Shown: piece by piece, positions 60,161 to 64,000 of the stretch
How the letters are laid out: each line of letters begins with the position of its first letter
How positions within the stretch are numbered: position 1 is the first letter of the stretch
NCBI GenBank assembly: GCA_016763075.1
Contig: JAESUM010000063.1
Coordinates: 4,254 to 68,253, forward strand
DNA from: Pseudomonadales bacterium
GTDB lineage: Bacteria; Pseudomonadota; Gammaproteobacteria; Pseudomonadales; JAHRWD01
DNA: 64,000 nucleotides
Direction: 5' to 3'
The notes under the pieces: model-generated
Seen by the model: only the letters and a program-made list of their open reading frames with translations
Databases searched by the model: none
What the model was told of the DNA's origin: nothing
Made by a program: the position numbers and the translations under genes

Positions 60161-62311
60161 TTAGCCCCGTCGCCATGCGTGATAACGTTCAAGTAACGCT
60201 AGCACTTTTTCTGGCGCATGCGCTTTCTTCCACTCCCCTGCGGCGTATTTGTTGGCCTCTGCCCAGGTTGGGTAGGTGTGAATGGTTTCAAGAATTTTAT
60301 TAAGACCAAGACCATGCTTCATGGCCAATACAAACTCTGCCAGTAAGTCTCCTGCATGTTCGCCAGCGATGGTGACGCCCAGTATTTTATCTTTGCCAGG
60401 CACGGTTAATACTTTAACAAAGCCCACGGCTGCGCTGTCGGCGATGGCTCGGTCTAAGTCGTCTATACCATAACGGGTGAGTTCATATTCTATGCCCTGC
60501 TCTTTGGCTTCTTGTTCGTTAATGCCAACCCGCGCTACTTCAGGGTCAATGAACGTAGTCCACGGGATGACTCGATAATCGACCCGAAAGCGTTTGAACT
60601 GTCCAAATAATGCGTTCACGGCGGCATACCAAGCCTGATGGGCAGCGGTATGGGTGAATTGGTAAGGCCCTGCTACATCGCCTGCGGCATAAATATTGGG
60701 GTACAGTGTTTCAAGGTAGTCGTTGGTCAGCACGGTTCGGTTGGTTTCGATGCCGAGTTCTTCTAAACCATAGCCATCAAGGCGCGCAGAGCGGCCAACG
60801 GCGCACACCAACATATCAAATGGTATACGTTGTTCTTTGCCGTCTTTTTCAACCACGATAAATTTATCTTCGCCGTCGTTTTCGCAGCGCAGTGCCTTGT
60901 GTCCTGCCAGTATATTTACGCCATCGCTTTCAAGCGACTTTTGCGCCAGCGCTGATACATCTTCATCTTCACGAATGAGTATTCGCGGCAGCATCTCAAT
61001 TTGAGTGACGGCCGAGCCTAAGCGCGCAAAGCTTTGGGCTAGCTCGCAGCCGATGGGCCCGCCACCAAGTACCACTAACTTTTGCGGTGGTTGTTCGAGC
61101 TTGGCGCACTCTTCCCATAGGGTATCGCTGGTTAGGTAGCCAGATTGCTCAATACCCGGCAGTGGCGGCACAAAGGGGCTTGCGCCGGCTGCAATCACGA
61201 TGCTGCGAGCGGTTAATGTTTGGGTGCTGCCATCGTTCATTTTTATTTCGACGGTCCAGGGGTCTATCAACCGGCCATAGCCTTGCAATACTTCGACGCC
61301 GAGCTCGGTGTAGCGCTCGACGCTGTCGTGGGGCTCGATGTCGCGCACAATTTGCTCGATTCGAGCCATCACTTTTTTGAACGATAACGTCGGCTGTGCA
61401 GCATCAAGGCCATACTTGTCTGCGTTGCGCATTTGATGTGCAAGCTTGGCGCTACGAATCAATGCCTTGCTGGGAACGCAGCCGTAGTTCAGGCAGTCGC
61501 CGCCCATTTTATGGGCTTCAATCAATGTCACTTTGGCTTTTACGGTTGCGCCAATATAAGAGGCCACCAAACCCCCGGCACCGCCACCAATCACAATCAT
61601 GTTGCGATCAAACTTTTTGGGTTTGTTCCAGCGTGCATAAACCCGTCGGCTTTTGATGATACTGATGATTTTGTTCGCAATAAGCGGGAACAGACCCAAC
61701 AATACAAAGGAGAGCAGTAATTCAGGTGAAAGAATGCCCGATAAACTGGTGAGCTGCGCCAGTTGAGTGCCGGCGTTTACGTACACTACGGTACCCACCA
61801 ACATGCCTACTTGGCTGACCCAATAAAATGTTGCGGCTCGCATGGGGGTTAGGCCCATCACAAGGTTGATCACAAAAAAGGGGAACACCGGCACAAGGCG
61901 TAGCGTGAACAGGTAGAATGCGCCGTCTTTTTTAACCCCTTCGTTGATGGCTATTAGGCGCTCGCCAAACTTGGACTGAACCCAGTCTCGTAATACGTAC
62001 CGCGAAACCAAAAAGGCCAGCAAGGCGCCAATGCTGGATGCAAAGGAAACCAGTAACAAGCCCCAGCCTAGGCCAAATAATGCGCCACCCACCAGCGTCA
62101 TAATGGCTGCGCCAGGAAGCGATAATGCGGTGATAATGACGTAAACGCCAAAGTAGATGGCCGCTGCCAGCACAGGGGTTTGTGCGCGCCAATCTTGAAT
62201 TTGGCCAAGACTACCTTTAATACCATCGAGGGTGAGCAGTTGGTGCAAATCAAAGATAAAGAACCCAGCGATGACTCCAATCAGCGCTGCAACCAAAATA
62301 ATTTTTTTCAT
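60161..62311 (-). CDS. Fusion protein: N-terminal TVP38/TMEM64 (DedA-like) membrane domain plus C-terminal FAD pyridine-nucleotide-disulfide oxidoreductase
   Basis: 716 aa. The first ~225 aa are polytopic. They are followed by the FAD motif VIGGGAGG, the redox-active GGDCLNYGCVPSKAL (CxxxxC), an NAD motif (VVLGGGPIGCE), and a C-terminal dimerisation domain (HTYPTWAE). Confidence 0.8.
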   Translation of the reverse strand: MKKIILVAALIGVIAGFFIFDLHQLLTLDGIKGSLGQIQDWRAQTPVLAAAIYFGVYVIITALSLPGAAIMTLVGGALFGLGWGLLLVSFASSIGALLAFLVSRYVLRDWVQSKFGERLIAINEGVKKDGAFYLFTLRLVPVFPFFVINLVMGLTPMRAATFYWVSQVGMLVGTVVYVNAGTQLAQLTSLSGILSPELLLSFVLLGLFPLIANKIISIIKSRRVYARWNKPKKFDRNMIVIGGGAGGLVASYIGATVKAKVTLIEAHKMGGDCLNYGCVPSKALIRSAKLAHQMRNADKYGLDAAQPTLSFKKVMARIEQIVRDIEPHDSVERYTELGVEVLQGYGRLIDPWTVEIKMNDGSTQTLTARSIVIAAGASPFVPPLPGIEQSGYLTSDTLWEECAKLEQPPQKLVVLGGGPIGCELAQSFARLGSAVTQIEMLPRILIREDEDVSALAQKSLESDGVNILAGHKALRCENDGEDKFIVVEKDGKEQRIPFDMLVCAVGRSARLDGYGLEELGIETNRTVLTNDYLETLYPNIYAAGDVAGPYQFTHTAAHQAWYAAVNALFGQFKRFRVDYRVIPWTTFIDPEVARVGINEQEAKEQGIEYELTRYGIDDLDRAIADSAAVGFVKVLTVPGKDKILGVTIAGEHAGDLLAEFVLAMKHGLGLNKILETIHTYPTWAEANKYAAGEWKKAHAPEKVLALLERYHAWRRG

Positions 62312-62444
62312 CTGTTATTCCTTGAACATCGATGCGTCTAACATCTGTATTTTACTCGTTTGAATCTGTCGGCTCGCAGCCAAAACAATATTTTACCGTC
62401 TACGAGTTCATGAGGGGGTCTTCATTTTTGCGGCAAGTGAGCCG

Positions 62445-63398
62445 TTACAACGCGCCACCACAGCTGCTGCCTTGGCCTGCGGTGCAGCCATAACAATGGT
62501 CAGCTACGACAATGGGGTTGCCATCAATTTCCCGCGTTAGCAGGTCTCGCAAATGGGGGCGCTCTTCAGCGCCTAGGGTTAATTCCAGCTGCTGGTTGAA
62601 GTCGCAATCGTAAAGGTAACCCTGCCAATCGACGCTCACCATGGTGCGGCACATTAGGTTGCCTAAATTGCTTTCTAGGTAGTTGTCTTTGAGCAACTCC
62701 ATATACCCCTGGAAGGTACCCTTAGATATCATCGTCGAGCCAAAGCGTTTAATAGGCATGTTAGTGACCACAAATAACTCGTTAAAAACGATATCGAAAT
62801 GTTTGCTTAGCTCACGTTTGTAATCTGCCTGCAAGCCTTGTTGCTCCGGCGGTAGTGTTGGGCCTTGCGGGTTAAACACCAAATGCAAACTCAAGTCAGA
62901 GCCTGGCTGGCCATAGCCCAGTTTATTAAGCTCTCGTAGCGCCGCGATGCTTTTATCAAACACCCCGTCGCCACGTTGTTGGTCGACATTTTCTAGCGAA
63001 TAGCACGGCATTGAAGCCACCACCTGTACCCGGTACTGCGCAAGAAAGTCCGCGAGGCCTTCTTGGCCAGGTTCAAATAATATGGTCAGGTTGCAGCGAT
63101 CAATCACCGTTACGCCTAAATCTGTCGCAATTTTTACCAAACCCCGAAAGCCTTCGTGTAGCTCCGGTGCGCCACCGGTTAAATCCAGGGTTTTGATGCG
63201 GCCTGTTTTAAGCATGTCGACCACCACAGCAAGGTTCTCTTCATCCATCATTTCTTTGCGGGTTGGACCGGCATTCACATGGCAATGCAAGCAAGACAAG
63301 TTGCACTTATACCCCAAATTCACTTGAAGCGTTTCAAGCCCTGCTCGGTGTATCGGTGGGAAATCGGTGGCTTGTAAAAGGGGTAAAGTCGCGTGCAT
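62445..63398 (-). CDS. Radical SAM / C-terminal Cys-rich domain protein, ArsS-like (TIGR04167-type)
   Basis: The ORF extends to 63461, but the likely start is the ATG at 63398 (MHATLPLL), with GGAG 6 nt upstream. It has the rSAM cluster motif CNLSCLHCHV and the C-terminal motif HCYGCTAGQGSSCGGAL. The penultimate Cys is a TGT codon, not TGA. Confidence 0.75.
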   Translation of the reverse strand: MHATLPLLQATDFPPIHRAGLETLQVNLGYKCNLSCLHCHVNAGPTRKEMMDEENLAVVVDMLKTGRIKTLDLTGGAPELHEGFRGLVKIATDLGVTVIDRCNLTILFEPGQEGLADFLAQYRVQVVASMPCYSLENVDQQRGDGVFDKSIAALRELNKLGYGQPGSDLSLHLVFNPQGPTLPPEQQGLQADYKRELSKHFDIVFNELFVVTNMPIKRFGSTMISKGTFQGYMELLKDNYLESNLGNLMCRTMVSVDWQGYLYDCDFNQQLELTLGAEERPHLRDLLTREIDGNPIVVADHCYGCTAGQGSSCGGAL

Positions 63399-63483
63399 GT
63401 ATAGCTCCGGTGGCGGTGTTCGGCCGTTCAATAATAATCGTCCTGCACAGTAGATGCACAAATGCCTAATTTGTTACATCAAC

Positions 63484-63502
63484 AATGAATAAAAAATTCA
63501 TT
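63484..63502. promoter_or_regulatory. Perfect 7-5-7 inverted repeat upstream of the rSAM gene (candidate operator)
   Basis: aatgaat-aaaaa-attcatt lies about 85-105 nt upstream of the likely ATG at 63398, in an AT-rich intergenic region. Confidence 0.3.
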
Positions 63503-63673
63503 CGCGGGTTAAAAATGCGTTCAAAAACCTGGCGAGGCCGTTTAACCCTTGCTCTAAAGTGTCTACTTTCACAAGCATTGGTTACAAAAAAACCGATGTT
63601 CTAAACTCAATCATAGCGCTCATTTGGCAACCCAAAACCTTCAACCACTCTAAACTTGTCGCTAAACCTGTTA

Positions 63674-64000
63674 TTAAAATTCGGCGGGGCAGTGCTGGTG
63701 AAAGCGCTGCCTGGTAACCGGGTGTTCAAACTCAATATCGCTGGCATGCAACATTAATCGCTCAGCCATATGAAACACCTCATCTGGCGCATAAAGGTCA
63801 CAACCCAAAATAGAATGCCCAATCGATTGGCTATGTATACGCAATTGATGGGTTCTGCCGGACACTGGGTTAAAAGTGACTCGTGTTGAAGATGGATGAG
63901 TATTGCGCTCGATCACTTGATATCGAGTCAAGGCAGCTTTACCGGTTTCTTCACAGATTTTTTGCAGCGGAAAGTTAGGCTTATCTTTTGCGATGGCAGC
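63674..64000 (-). CDS. RluA-family pseudouridine synthase, C-terminal part; the gene runs off the right edge
   Basis: It has the motif GRTHQLRIHSQSIGHSILGCDLYA. Hand translation shows the frame stays open from 63931 to 64000 (AAIAKDKPNFPLQKICEETGKAALTRYQV...). Confidence 0.8.
   Translation of the reverse strand, partial: AAIAKDKPNFPLQKICEETGKAALTRYQVIERNTHPSSTRVTFNPVSGRTHQLRIHSQSIGHSILGCDLYAPDEVFHMAERLMLHASDIEFEHPVTRQRFHQHCPAEF

Noticed and set aside
62445-62510. A possible in-frame UGA selenocysteine codon in the ArsS-like C-terminal motif.
   Set aside because: Direct reading gives TGT (Cys) at the relevant position, and the ORF ends at a TAA. No SECIS-like requirement arises.
62312-63673. 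A Pho box upstream of the rSAM/pst cluster.
   Set aside because: I found no tandem CTGTCAT-like 7-mers with 4-nt spacing by eye on either strand. Proper matrix scanning is still needed.

Overview
This is a 64 kb chromosomal segment that looks gammaproteobacterial, roughly 50-58% GC by spot counts. I found no rRNA, tRNA, CRISPR array, integrase or transposase. All family names below come from motif recognition by eye; no database search was possible.

Positions 1-14.8 kb form a housekeeping backbone in the same order as the Pseudomonas PA5319-PA5345 region: recG (partial), ridA, spoT, rpoZ, gmk, yicC, rph, crc-like, pyrE, argB, algC, dut, coaBC, radC.

The remainder is more accessory:
- A thiolase/DUF35 pair, an NhaD antiporter, an HD-GYP protein and a TetR-MFP-RND efflux operon.
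- GDP-mannose synthesis (manC).
- A loose set of lipid and acyl-CoA genes: SDR, AMACR-like CoA-transferase, acyl-CoA ligase, MFS, an outer membrane barrel, and an orphan CYP153-like P450.
- znuA divergent from znuC-znuB, with ubiA start-stop coupled to znuB.
- A small paralogous family (two intact copies and one decayed copy) flanking a serC-type aminotransferase.
- Two nitronate monooxygenase paralogs.
- A visibly AT-rich islet at about 50.7-54.3 kb.

The most interesting locus is a co-directional, mostly overlap-coupled minus-strand cluster at 54.4-63.5 kb. It runs: ArsS-like radical SAM/Cys-rich protein, TVP38-fused disulfide oxidoreductase, DUF547, GT2 transferase (TIGR04283-like), DUF2064 transferase (TIGR04282-like), then a complete PstSCAB-type oxyanion ABC importer. 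There is no arsM and no phoU.

Other observations are a sensor-like membrane extension on AlgC, a heptanucleotide repeat abutting the nhaD RBS, and in-frame microsatellites.
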